Position numbers and translations under genes: made by a program
Origin: an uncultured Eubacteriales bacterium
Lineage (GTDB): Bacteria; Bacillota; Clostridia; TANB77; CAG-508
Direction: 5' to 3'
Assembly (NCBI GenBank): GCA_902787685.1
Contig: CADAHH010000003.1
Location: 9,058-73,057, forward strand
Length of the DNA stretch: 64,000 nt
Notes under the pieces: generated by a model
What the model was told of the DNA's origin: nothing
Databases searched by the model: none
Seen by the model: only the letters and a program-made list of their open reading frames with translations
Shown here: piece after piece, positions 54,311 through 64,000 of the stretch
Numbering within the stretch: the stretch's first letter is position 1
How the letters are laid out: each line of letters starts with the position of its first letter

Positions 54311-54734
54311 AGTAAAGCTAATAATAATCTCTACTCAAACTCATAAATCTAATTTTTTAACCTAATATACGATTCTGTATAAATAAGCTATCAACCAAAT
54401 TTATAAATCAGTTGCTCGACTATGAATACACTATTAATAACCTTATTCAACCATATTAGGACTACTAAAGACCATATCTAATATAAAAATAATCTTATCT
54501 CGAATATACCATATATATTGTAACCTCTATAATAAAAGCTTCCCTACACATAATACATTCTTATCGCCGACATATAATAATCTCGAGAACCATTATATAT
54601 CTTTGCCCGAAAAATAATAAACCAAATTTATTTGATCTAATAATTCTCTTGGAACAACTATTATTAACCTTACTAATTTTATTATTAACAAAAATATTTT
54701 TTTTATACAAAAATTTTATTTATTTTAGTATTAA

Positions 54735-54895
54735 AGAGTAAATATATTATTATTCAATCCCTTGGTGTCGAAATCTTTATGTACCTGTAATTTTTCTTAC
54801 GAAAAATTCAGCTACAATGTCGATTTCTCCAGTCGCCCTACGCTTCGCTTCGGTTGTTCGCCTTACGCGGGATTTCATAATAATATATTTACTCT
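54735..54895. repeat. 161-bp MITE/REP-like element, family B copy 2 (inverted)
   Basis: Reverse complement of 50668..50828 with scattered substitutions. Confidence 0.85.
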
Positions 54896-54909
54896 TTTTT
54901 GAAAATAAA

Positions 54910-54964
54910 AGTCGAATTATGTCGAACGATTTTTCTTGACATTTGGCGACTTTGGACTTATAAT
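54910..54964 (+). promoter_or_regulatory. consensus sigma-A promoter with upstream Spo0A-box-like repeats
   Basis: AGTCGAA (54910) and TGTCGAA (54920), then TTGACA(54936)-17 bp-TATAAT(54959). Confidence 0.6.
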
Positions 54965-54983
54965 TTTTTTAGAAGGAGGATAA

Positions 54984-55538
54984 ATGGAACAACAAGAAAT
55001 TACAACACAAGAATGGATTCCGTTAGATAAAATATTTAATAATGGAATTATTAAACTAAAAAATAAAAATTATATTAAAATAATTAAAGTCAATCCTATT
55101 AATTTTTCATTAAAATCTAATTTAGAAAAAGAAGCTATTTTAAATTCTTATAAAATTTTTTTAAAAACCTGTAATTTTGATATTCAAATTATAATTCAAA
55201 GTTGTAAACAAGATTTAAATAAAAATATTGAAAATATAAAAAATAATTTAAAAAAAGAAAATAAAAAATTTTTAAATGAATTATCAGAAAATTATTTTGA
55301 TTTTATTCTAAAATTTAATTCAATAAAAAATTCATCTTGCAAAAATTTTTATATAATAATTTCAAATAAAAACCAAGAAAATTTAGAAGAAAATATTTTT
55401 CAAGAATTAAATGAAAAATATTTTAAAATAAAGGAATGCTTATTTAGATGCGGAAATACAGTTAAAGAGTTAAATTCAAAAGAGCAAGTGAAAGAGGTTT
55501 TCAATAGTTTTTTTAATACGAGATTATATTTGATGTGA
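54984..55538 (+). CDS. VirB4-associated protein (soluble paralogue of 27025..28254)
   Basis: PINFSLKSNLEKEAIL..FLKTC..IQIIIQS..FYIII; RBS AAGGAGG. Confidence 0.65.
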   Translation: MEQQEITTQEWIPLDKIFNNGIIKLKNKNYIKIIKVNPINFSLKSNLEKEAILNSYKIFLKTCNFDIQIIIQSCKQDLNKNIENIKNNLKKENKKFLNELSENYFDFILKFNSIKNSSCKNFYIIISNKNQENLEENIFQELNEKYFKIKECLFRCGNTVKELNSKEQVKEVFNSFFNTRLYLM

Positions 55539-55541
55539 GAG

Positions 55542-57395
55542 GTGAGAAAAATTAATACTGTACTTAATAAAATAAAAAAATTAATTAATTATAAAAAAAT
55601 TAAAAATAATAAAATTCAAGATAATTTGGATTTTTATATAGGAACAAGAAATTTACAAGATGAAATTGCCCCAAGTTATATTAATATTAATAATCCAAAA
55701 TATATAGAAATAGATAATATGTATTATTCAGGATTAATTATTGTTAATTATTATAGAGAACAAAATGATTTATTATTAAAAAATATATTAGAAACTAATA
55801 TAAATATGAATATATCAATTTTTTATGAAAAACAAGATCAGTATAAAACTATAAAAGATTTAACATATCATATAGGAAATGTAGGAGTCGATATAAAAGA
55901 TAATAATCAAAATAGAGAAGATATTGATATTGCAATATTTACTTATAATGATGCTAAGTATATAAGAAAAGAAATGCAAGTAAATAATGAGGATTTATAT
56001 TTTTTATATATTTATATTAATATATTTTCAGATAATTTAAAAGATTTAGAATATAATATTAATAATATTGAGGGAATGTTGCAAAGCAAAGGAATGCAAA
56101 CAAGAAGAGCTTCGTTTAGGGAAGAACAATTATTTAAAAGTTGTTTACCTATTTTTGAAAATAATGAAGATATAAAAAATTCTGCAAGAAGAAATATATT
56201 AACATCAGGAATTATTTCAACATATCCATTTATTTCATCAAATATTTTTGATGAAAATGGAATTCTTGTTGGAAAAAATATTTATGATAATTCTCTTATA
56301 TTTGTGGATAGATATAATACAGAAAAATATAAAAATGCCAATATGTGTATATTTGGGACATCTGGAGCAGGAAAATCTTTTTATACAAAATTATTAATTT
56401 TAAGATATAGGTTATTAGGGATAGAACAATATGTAATAGATCCAGAAAGAGAATATATTAGTTTAACTAAAGCTTTGGAAGGAACAGTAATAAAAATAGG
56501 ACCATCTTCAAGTGAATTTATCAATGTTTTAGATATTAGGGAAGAATCTCTTGAAGAAGGAGAAAAAGGATATTTAGCAACAAAAATATCAAAATTAATT
56601 GGATTTTTTAATTTAATTTTTGGAAATTTAAATGAAGAAGAAAAAGCAATTTTAGAAGAAAAATTAATTGAATTATATAACTTAAAAAATATTAATTTTG
56701 ATGATAATAGTTTATTTGTTTATGATAAAGAAAATATTATTTCAAAAAAATTTAAGTCAAGCAAAGATATGCCAATTTTAGAGGATTTGTATAACATTTT
56801 AAATAAAGATGAAAAAACTAAAAAATTGGCAATAAAATTAATTCCTTTTATAAAAGGGTCATTAAATTTTTTTAATAATTATACAAATGTAGAATTAAAT
56901 AATAAATTAATAATTGCAGATGTATATGAATTAGGTGAAGATAATTTGAAATTTGGACTCTTTGTTTTTGTAGAATTATTTTGGGACAAGATTAAAATAA
57001 ATAGAAAAAACAAAAAAGCTATTTATTTAGACGAGATATGGAGATTAATTGGAGTTACTTCAAATAAAGATGTAGCAGGATTTATTTATAAAATATTTAA
57101 AACAATTAGAAAATATGGAGGAAGCGCTGTAGCTATTACTCAAGATATTTCAGATTTGTTTAGTTTAGAAAATGGTATTTACGGAAAAAGTATTTTAAAT
57201 AATTCAAGTATTAAATCATTTTTTTCATTAGAAGAAGAAAATATAAAAATTTTATCAGAAAATATTAATTTGTCAGAAAAAGAAAAAATAGAAATTAAAT
57301 CTTTAAAAAGAGGTGAAAGCTTAATGTTTATTGGTGACGAACATATATTAGTTAATGTTGAAGCATCTGATTATGAAAAGAAATTAATATTATAA
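55542..57395 (+). CDS. virB4: second VirB4-like ATPase
   Basis: NANMCIFGTSGAGKS, IDPEREY, YLDEIW, TIRKYGG, ITQDISD and RGESL. Confidence 0.85.
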   Translation: MRKINTVLNKIKKLINYKKIKNNKIQDNLDFYIGTRNLQDEIAPSYININNPKYIEIDNMYYSGLIIVNYYREQNDLLLKNILETNINMNISIFYEKQDQYKTIKDLTYHIGNVGVDIKDNNQNREDIDIAIFTYNDAKYIRKEMQVNNEDLYFLYIYINIFSDNLKDLEYNINNIEGMLQSKGMQTRRASFREEQLFKSCLPIFENNEDIKNSARRNILTSGIISTYPFISSNIFDENGILVGKNIYDNSLIFVDRYNTEKYKNANMCIFGTSGAGKSFYTKLLILRYRLLGIEQYVIDPEREYISLTKALEGTVIKIGPSSSEFINVLDIREESLEEGEKGYLATKISKLIGFFNLIFGNLNEEEKAILEEKLIELYNLKNINFDDNSLFVYDKENIISKKFKSSKDMPILEDLYNILNKDEKTKKLAIKLIPFIKGSLNFFNNYTNVELNNKLIIADVYELGEDNLKFGLFVFVELFWDKIKINRKNKKAIYLDEIWRLIGVTSNKDVAGFIYKIFKTIRKYGGSAVAITQDISDLFSLENGIYGKSILNNSSIKSFFSLEEENIKILSENINLSEKEKIEIKSLKRGESLMFIGDEHILVNVEASDYEKKLIL

Positions 57396-57411
57396 AAAGG
57401 AGGAATGTAAT

Positions 57412-58353
57412 ATAGTAGAAATACTAACAGCAATTGGTGATCAAAATTTAAATAACACATTAAGATATGAAAGTGAATTTGAAGTAGTAGAAAATGATAT
57501 TTTATATAGAGAAGGGATTTTAGAATATTTAGAAAAAAATAATAAAATTGATTTAATAATTATTTATGAAAAAATATCGGGTGAAATAGATTTAATTAAT
57601 TTAATTAAAAATATAAAAATAATTAATAATGAAATAATTATATTTTTTATTTTAGAAAATAAAAATGACGAATTAGAAAAAATATTAAAATTGGAAAATA
57701 TAAATGATATTTTTTATATTAATGAAATAAATATTAATTATTTAATTAATAAAATAAAAAATATAAAAATTAATAATCAAAACAAATTAAATGAAGAAAT
57801 AATTAAATTAAAAAAAATAATTAATGAAAAAGATCAAGAAATATTAAAATATAAAAATAATAATTTTTTGGAAAATGATATAAAAAATATTAATAATAAG
57901 AATATTGCATTTATAGGTGAAGAATTTTCTGGTAAGACTTTAATTATAAATAATTTGAAAAATATAATTGAAAATAAAGAATTATTTAATTTTAAAGAAA
58001 TTAATATTAATAATTATTTAGAAATAGAAAAATGTAATTATTTAAATATAAAATTAATTTTTATTATTGAAACACAAACAGAAAAAATGATAAGAAATAA
58101 AAAAATAATTAATAAATTAATTTATGAAAATAAAATTAATTCAAATAATATTTATATTATTTTTAATAAAATAAATAAATATTCTCCAAATATAAATATT
58201 TCTAAAAATTTATTTAAAGAATTTAATATAATTGGAAAAATTAATTTTGATAATTATTGTGATTTTATAAATAATGAAAAAAATGGTTTTGTTAAGGAAA
58301 ATAAAAAGTTAAAAACTATATATAATAAAATTTTTAATAAAATATTTAAATAG
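57412..58353 (+). CDS. very AT-rich protein with a receiver-like N-terminus and degenerate P-loop (CpaE/TadZ-like?)
   Basis: The open frame extends 93 codons upstream of the track start to an ATA behind AAGGAGG; contains ILTAIG..DILYREGILEYL..IDLIII and IAFIGEEFSGKT. Confidence 0.5.
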   Translation: MVEILTAIGDQNLNNTLRYESEFEVVENDILYREGILEYLEKNNKIDLIIIYEKISGEIDLINLIKNIKIINNEIIIFFILENKNDELEKILKLENINDIFYINEININYLINKIKNIKINNQNKLNEEIIKLKKIINEKDQEILKYKNNNFLENDIKNINNKNIAFIGEEFSGKTLIINNLKNIIENKELFNFKEININNYLEIEKCNYLNIKLIFIIETQTEKMIRNKKIINKLIYENKINSNNIYIIFNKINKYSPNINISKNLFKEFNIIGKINFDNYCDFINNEKNGFVKENKKLKTIYNKIFNKIFK

Positions 58354-58433
58354 AAGTGAGAGGAAGAGGTGGGATGAATTATGTAATGAATAGTGAATAT
58401 CGAATAATAAATAATTAATAATTAAAGGAAAGG

Positions 58434-59150
58434 ATGAAAAATAAAATGGAATTAACAAATAGTATTAATTTAAATTTAGAAAAAAATAATAGAAGAGAGA
58501 ATTTTTTAAATTCAACATTGTGGAAGACAATTAATAATGGAATAGATATTGGATTAAGATATTTATTACCAGATTTAGTAGAAGATGAAATAATTGAATT
58601 AAAAAATAACTTAATAAATTTAGGTTTAAAAGATGGGATAAAAAAGTCTGTAGACAATGTTGTTGAAACAGGAAAACAAGCTATAGGTATATTATCAGGA
58701 AATTTTGAAGATATAGGACAAGTTCAGAGAGTTATAAAAAATGGTGGAATTATAGATAAAATATCAGATGTTTTTGATACTATAATTGAAAAGGGTGAAA
58801 ATTCTGGTAAAATAAATTCATCTTTTAGTTATATATTAAAAAATGGAAAAAGCTCTATTTTAAATAGTGTTGAAAGAAATATTGAAGCTACTTTAAACAA
58901 CCAAGTTTCAAAAGTTAATTTAGTTGATAAATATATAAATAATTGGAAAGAGTTCTATAATAATAAAGACTTTAATGGAATGGAGAAAGAATACAAAAAA
59001 ATTGAAAGTAGTTTAAAAGAATTAGTTCCTTTAGAAAACACATTAAAAAATGCAAGGCAGGTTGAAGTAATTCATCAACTGATTAGAAATAATGGTCAAA
59101 ATTTTGATATAAGTGAAGAAGAAATTGAGTTGAATAAAAAATTGAATTAA
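58434..59150 (+). CDS. hypothetical protein (238 aa)
   Basis: Long ORF with RBS; no recognised motif. Confidence 0.7.
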   Translation: MKNKMELTNSINLNLEKNNRRENFLNSTLWKTINNGIDIGLRYLLPDLVEDEIIELKNNLINLGLKDGIKKSVDNVVETGKQAIGILSGNFEDIGQVQRVIKNGGIIDKISDVFDTIIEKGENSGKINSSFSYILKNGKSSILNSVERNIEATLNNQVSKVNLVDKYINNWKEFYNNKDFNGMEKEYKKIESSLKELVPLENTLKNARQVEVIHQLIRNNGQNFDISEEEIELNKKLN

Positions 59151-59197
59151 AATTGACAAAATATAACTTTTAAGATATAATGTATAAAGGAGTAGAA

Positions 59198-59554
59198 GTG
59201 GTATATAATATTGAATTTTACGAAGATAAAAGAGGAAATTCTGAAATAATAAATTATTTAAAGGAATTAAGATATAAAAATAATAAAGATGCAAGAATTA
59301 AACTTATAAAAATCACATCATATATTAATCAATTATCTGAAAAGGGATTAAATTTAGGTCAACCATATATAAAGCATATACAAGACGATATTTGGGAATT
59401 ACGTCCTTTAAGAGATCGAATATTATTTGCAAATTTTTATAATAATAATATAATATTGTTAAGTATATTTGTAAAAAAAACAGATAAAACACCCAAAAAA
59501 GAGATAGAGAAGGCAAAAAGGTTGTTGATAGATTATTTAAAAAGGAGAGAGTAA
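59198..59554 (+). CDS. RelE/ParE-family (HigB, Gp49-like) toxin
   Basis: IEFYED..G..PYIKHI..IWELRP..RILF..LLSIFVKKTDKTPKKEIEKAKR; probable GTG start. Confidence 0.85.
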   Translation: MVYNIEFYEDKRGNSEIINYLKELRYKNNKDARIKLIKITSYINQLSEKGLNLGQPYIKHIQDDIWELRPLRDRILFANFYNNNIILLSIFVKKTDKTPKKEIEKAKRLLIDYLKRRE

Positions 59555-59557
59555 AAG

Positions 59558-59905
59558 ATGAGTAAAACAAAATTTAGAACATGGGAGGAAATAAAAAAAG
59601 AATTAAATTTCTCTCCAGAAGAAGAAGAACAAATTAGATTTGAAGAAGAATTAATAAAAACAACAATAGAAATTAGACAAAAAAAGAACTTAACACAACA
59701 AGAATTAAGTAAAAAAAGTGGAATAAAACAACCTGCAATTGCAAATCTTGAAAATATGAATAAAATACCACAAACAACAACTTTAATCAAGCTACTCTAT
59801 CCTATGGGATATACATTGAAGGTCGTTCCAATTGATAATAACAAGAAAAATAAGTATAGATATGATGAAAAAGTAGAAGATAGTATAACACTAAGAGAAG
59901 AGTAA
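59558..59905 (+). CDS. XRE-family HTH antitoxin (HigA-like)
   Basis: IRQKKNLTQQELSKKSGIKQPAIANLE HTH, directly downstream of the toxin. Confidence 0.85.
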   Translation: MSKTKFRTWEEIKKELNFSPEEEEQIRFEEELIKTTIEIRQKKNLTQQELSKKSGIKQPAIANLENMNKIPQTTTLIKLLYPMGYTLKVVPIDNNKKNKYRYDEKVEDSITLREE

Positions 59906-59997
59906 ATTAGCAATAAAATATTGAAAAATTTTAATTTATGATATAGTATAAAAATAGTATAGAAATTGTTGATGATAAAGAAAAAGAAGAGGTAAAT

Positions 59998-61291
59998 ATG
60001 GAAGATAAACAAAAGAATTTGACTTATGAAGAATTAAAAGACGTTCAGAAGAGAAAAGATAATATTAGAATTTATAAAATATATGAAGCTATTGCACTAG
60101 ACTTGTTGTTTTATTATGCAACTATTTTTTTGTTTTATATAAATCAAAAAGAATTAGTAAATTATCAAATATTTTTAATTGAAACTAGCTATATTTTGTT
60201 TAAACTATTATTTTATATCTTTTGTCAAATGTATGTACAAAAATATGGAAAAAGAAGAATGCTAATTTTAGGGAATGTATTTCTTATAATTAGTCTTATA
60301 ATACTACTTGGTTTTAAAAATATTATAGCATTATTAATATCATCAGCGTTTTGTGCACTAGGATTTGATTTGAAAGAATTGTGTGAAAGTGACTTGCTTT
60401 ATGATTCAATAATAAAAACTGACAGAAGAGGTGATAATTTTTCAAAAATAGAATCTCAAGCAAATTCAAAATTCTATATTATAGATACAATTTCTTGCTT
60501 ATTATCAGGTTTTTTATATGTTTTAAATCCATATCTTCCTATTTGTTTATGTATAGTAATAACAATACTATGTTTGATAATATCAACTCAATTTCAAGAT
60601 ATAAAGAAAGATAAAAATGTTAAGACTTTAAAAACTGAATTTGGAGAATTAAAAAATTCATTAAAGTCTATTGGTAAATCAAAACGAATAATGAGTTTAC
60701 TGATTATTAATGGCTTTTTTATTGGAATGTTATATGTTTATAATACCTTAAAAAATATAGTGTTATTAAGAGTAGGTGTTGAGGAAAAATATTTTGGTGT
60801 AATTTTTGCAATCCGGAACATTTATTTCTGCAATAAGTACAAGGTATTCGGGAAAAATCCATAAAAAATATAGAAATAAAACACTTGAAAAAATTATTTT
60901 GCCATATACATATGCATTCTTTATCTCTGGAATAATATTATTAATGAATAGATTTATAGGATTAAATAGGTTTATTGCAATATTAATGATTATAGTTACT
61001 TTTGTATGTAAAGGCCCATATTATGTATTAATCAAAAAGTATCTAAAGAATTTTACCAATTTTAAGAAAAGGACACAAATATCAGGAGCAAAAATATTTA
61101 TTGAAGATTTTATTACTGGATTATGCTTGTTATATGCTTCAATAGCATCTAAGTTTATTTATGAAGGATACATAGTTGCTTTTTTCGGAGTTCAATTTTT
61201 AGTATTGTTTATTTTTGTTTTAAGAAAAAGCAGAATATATGTTGGAAAAAAGCCAGAAGAGTATTCTAAAAAAGAATTAATGCAAGATTAA
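59998..61291 (+). CDS. MFS transporter, 430 aa if read through a +1 shift at CGGA 60814-60817
   Basis: Joins track ORFs 59998..60864 and 60806..61291; motif-A-like KYGKRR; the junction restores a continuous helix YFGVIFAI-G-TFISAIS. Confidence 0.8.
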
Positions 61292-61320
61292 AACTTCGTA
61301 AAATTGTACGAAGTTTTTTT
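61290..61320 (+). terminator. rho-independent terminator
   Basis: AAAACTTCGTA ... TACGAAGTTTT plus a T run. Confidence 0.8.
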
Positions 61321-61511
61321 GTTACAGTTCAGAATATAATTATACTTGTCTTGCAACGGGCAAAACTTTTTATTTTCTTCTCAGGCCTTCCCACTGGGGC
61401 TGTAATAATGCTAACGCATTTAACAGCCCTCAGCGGTCCCCCCGAGGCCATCGTTAAAAATAAAAAGTATCGCCCTGCGCGGACTTCTAGTTTTTACAAC
61501 AGAACTGTAAC
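61321..61511. repeat. long palindromic element, family C relative
   Basis: GTTACAGTTC/GAACTGTAAC termini; core ACTGGGGCTGTAA...AACAGCCCTCAGC resembles the core at ~50422-50460. Confidence 0.6.
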
Positions 61512-61639
61512 TTTTCTAGCATTTTTTAAAAATTTCCTTGCAAAAATTTTTTATCTTTAGTATAATACAAAAAGTAAAGCACGCGTAAATAAAAACAGCA
61601 AAAAAGCAAAACAAATTTTTTGAAAAGAGGTAATAATTC

Positions 61640-64000
61640 ATGGCAGAAAGAACAGACGGAAAAATAATAGAAAGAGACATTGAGGAGGAAATGAGAACAG
61701 CCTACATTGACTATGCAATGAGTGTTATAGTTGCTCGTGCACTTCCAGATGTTAGAGATGGTTTAAAACCTGTTCATAGAAGAATTTTATATACTATGCA
61801 TGAAGATGGCTTAACACCAGACAAGCCATACAGAAAATCTGCAACAACAGTTGGAGACGTTTTAGGTAGATATCATCCACATGGAGATGCATCAGTTTAT
61901 GATGCTTTAGTACGTTTAGCACAAGATTTCTCAATGAGATATATGTTAGTTGATGGACACGGAAACTTTGGTTCAATAGATGGTGATCCACCTGCTGCTT
62001 ACCGTTATACAGAAGCTAGAATGTCTAAAATTGCAGAGCTAATGCTTACGGATATTGAAAAAAACACAGTTGATTTTATGCCAAACTTCGATGATAGACT
62101 ACAAGAACCAACAGTACTTCCAGCACAAATACCAGCTCTACTTGTTAATGGTTCATCAGGGATAGCCGTAGGTATGGCAACAAATATCCCACCACATAAT
62201 CTAACTGAAGTTATAAATGGACTTATTAAAATTATTGATGAAGATGAAGTTTCTGATGAGGCTTTAATGGAGATTATAAAAGGACCTGATTTCCCTACAG
62301 AAGGATTAATTCTTGGAATAGAAGGGATAAAAGAAGCATATAGAACTGGTCGTGGAAAAATCACATTAAGAGCTGAAGCAGAAATTGAAGAAATGGCTGG
62401 AAATAGACAAAAAATAGTAGTTCATTCTTTACCATACCAAGTAAATAAAGCAAAACTTATTGAAAACATGGCAAATCTAGTTAAAGAAAAGAGACTAGAA
62501 GGAATATCTGAAATCAGAGACGAATCAGATAGAGAAGAAAGAGTTAGAATTGTAATAGAGCTTAAAAAAGATGCAAATGCACAAGTTGTATTAAACCAAC
62601 TATATAAAAACACACAAATGCAAACTAGTTTCGGGGTAATAATGCTAGCCCTAGTTAATGGAGAGCCTAAAATACTTACATTAAGACAATGTTTAGATTA
62701 TTATTTGGAACATAGAAAAGATGTAACACTTCGTAGAACTCAATTTGAGCTTGATAAGGCACTAGCAAGAGCACATATATTAGAAGGATTAAGAATTGCT
62801 ATAGATAATATAGATGAAGTAATTCAAATAATCAGATCATCCTATGATAATGCTAAAGAAAGATTAATGGAGCGCTTTGGTCTATCAGATATTCAAGCAC
62901 AAGCAATACTTGATATGAGATTAAGAACACTTCAAGGTTTACAAAGAGAAAAGATTGAAGAAGAATATGCAGAACTAATGAAGCTTATTGCATATTTACG
63001 TGAGATCCTAAATAGTGAGCATAAAGTATTTGAAGTTATAAAAGAAGAGTTAATTAAGGTTAGAGATAAGTTTGGTGATGATAGAAAAACAAAGATAGTT
63101 CCTGCTGAAGGTGAGATAAATGTTGAGGATTTAATAAAAGAAGAGCAAGTTGTTATTGCCCTAACACATTTTGGCTATATTAAGAGAATGCCAATAGATA
63201 CATACAAGAGCCAAAGACGTGGTGGAAAAGGCATTACAGGTATTGCAACACGTGAAGGTGATTTTGTAAAACAAATATTTACATCATCAACACATGATTT
63301 GATACTATTCTTCTCAAATAAAGGTAAAATGTATAAACTTAAAGGATATGAAGTTCCTGAGGCTGGTAGAACAGCAAAAGGAACAGCTATTGTAAATCTT
63401 TTAAGCTTAGATGCTGGAGAAAAAATTTCAGCAGTTATTCCAATTCAAAATTTTGCTGAAGGTAAATATTTACTTATGGCAACTAAAAATGGTCTAATAA
63501 AGAAAACAGCTTTAACAGAATATAATACAGAAAGAAAAACAGGTCTTCTTGCTATAACTTTAAAAGGAGAAGATGAACTTATATCTGTAAAATTAACAGA
63601 TGGACAAGATAATGTTGTTTTAGTTACTCGAAAGGGATTATGTATTACATTTGATGAAAAAGATGTTAGACCTATTGGTAGAGTTTCACAAGGTGTAATT
63701 GGAATGAGAACTGCTCAAGATGATGAAATAATTGGTATGGAATCAATTATTTCAGGAGGAAAGGCTACACTTCTTGCAATTACAGAAAATGGATTTGGAA
63801 AACGTACTGAACTTGATGAATATAGAGTTCAACAAAGAGGTGGAAAAGGTGTTATTACCTATAAAATAACTCCAAAAACAGGAGAGTTAGTAGGAGTAGG
63901 TATAGCAGATGATTCTCAAGATGTTATGCTAATTTCTGATACAGGAACAATTATTAGAATGCATGTTAATGAAATAAGTATATTAGGAAGATCTACTCAA
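61640..64000 (+). CDS. gyrA: DNA gyrase subunit A, runs off the window edge
   Basis: Manual translation: [40 protein letters not shown] and GyrA-box QRRGGKG. Confidence 0.98.
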   Translation, partial: MAERTDGKIIERDIEEEMRTAYIDYAMSVIVARALPDVRDGLKPVHRRILYTMHEDGLTPDKPYRKSATTVGDVLGRYHPHGDASVYDALVRLAQDFSMRYMLVDGHGNFGSIDGDPPAAYRYTEARMSKIAELMLTDIEKNTVDFMPNFDDRLQEPTVLPAQIPALLVNGSSGIAVGMATNIPPHNLTEVINGLIKIIDEDEVSDEALMEIIKGPDFPTEGLILGIEGIKEAYRTGRGKITLRAEAEIEEMAGNRQKIVVHSLPYQVNKAKLIENMANLVKEKRLEGISEIRDESDREERVRIVIELKKDANAQVVLNQLYKNTQMQTSFGVIMLALVNGEPKILTLRQCLDYYLEHRKDVTLRRTQFELDKALARAHILEGLRIAIDNIDEVIQIIRSSYDNAKERLMERFGLSDIQAQAILDMRLRTLQGLQREKIEEEYAELMKLIAYLREILNSEHKVFEVIKEELIKVRDKFGDDRKTKIVPAEGEINVEDLIKEEQVVIALTHFGYIKRMPIDTYKSQRRGGKGITGIATREGDFVKQIFTSSTHDLILFFSNKGKMYKLKGYEVPEAGRTAKGTAIVNLLSLDAGEKISAVIPIQNFAEGKYLLMATKNGLIKKTALTEYNTERKTGLLAITLKGEDELISVKLTDGQDNVVLVTRKGLCITFDEKDVRPIGRVSQGVIGMRTAQDDEIIGMESIISGGKATLLAITENGFGKRTELDEYRVQQRGGKGVITYKITPKTGELVGVGIADDSQDVMLISDTGTIIRMHVNEISILGRSTQ

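Noticed and set aside
54530-54600. Possible fifth CGG shift site (minus strand TGT-CGG-CGA-TAA)
   Set aside because: There is no credible gene on either side; the +1 frame stops after about 13 codons.

Overview
AT-rich Clostridia-type (Bacillota) chromosomal window containing the replication origin. The core is parB-parA-rsmG-mnmG-mnmE-jag-yidC-yidD-rnpA-rpmH on the minus strand, a bipartite oriC, and dnaA-dnaN-recF-gyrB-[7.5 kb insert]-gyrA on the plus strand. It also holds two tRNA-Ser genes and two type II toxin-antitoxin pairs. Main observation: four unrelated genes are each broken by a +1 frame change at an in-frame CGG codon followed by A. They are the normally essential rnpA, an MFS transporter, an NlpC/P60-like hydrolase and a VirB6-like membrane protein. 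Skipping the C (CGGA read as GGA, Gly) restores a full-length protein in each case. A manual scan found no in-frame CGG in any intact AT-rich gene. This suggests lineage-specific recoding (CGG-triggered +1 frameshift or 4-base decoding), although assembly indels must be excluded. Second observation: a ~21.6 kb T4SS/pilus-like cluster with no relaxase, VirD4 or integrase visible. It has 3 VirB2-like pilins, PrgI, VirB4, and five VirB6-like paralogues carrying varied extracellular domains, some of them cell-wall hydrolases. A second VirB4 module splits gyrB from gyrA. The window also has several families of long structured intergenic palindromes and a small GC-rich islet. All calls were made by eye from motifs and synteny; no database searches were run.
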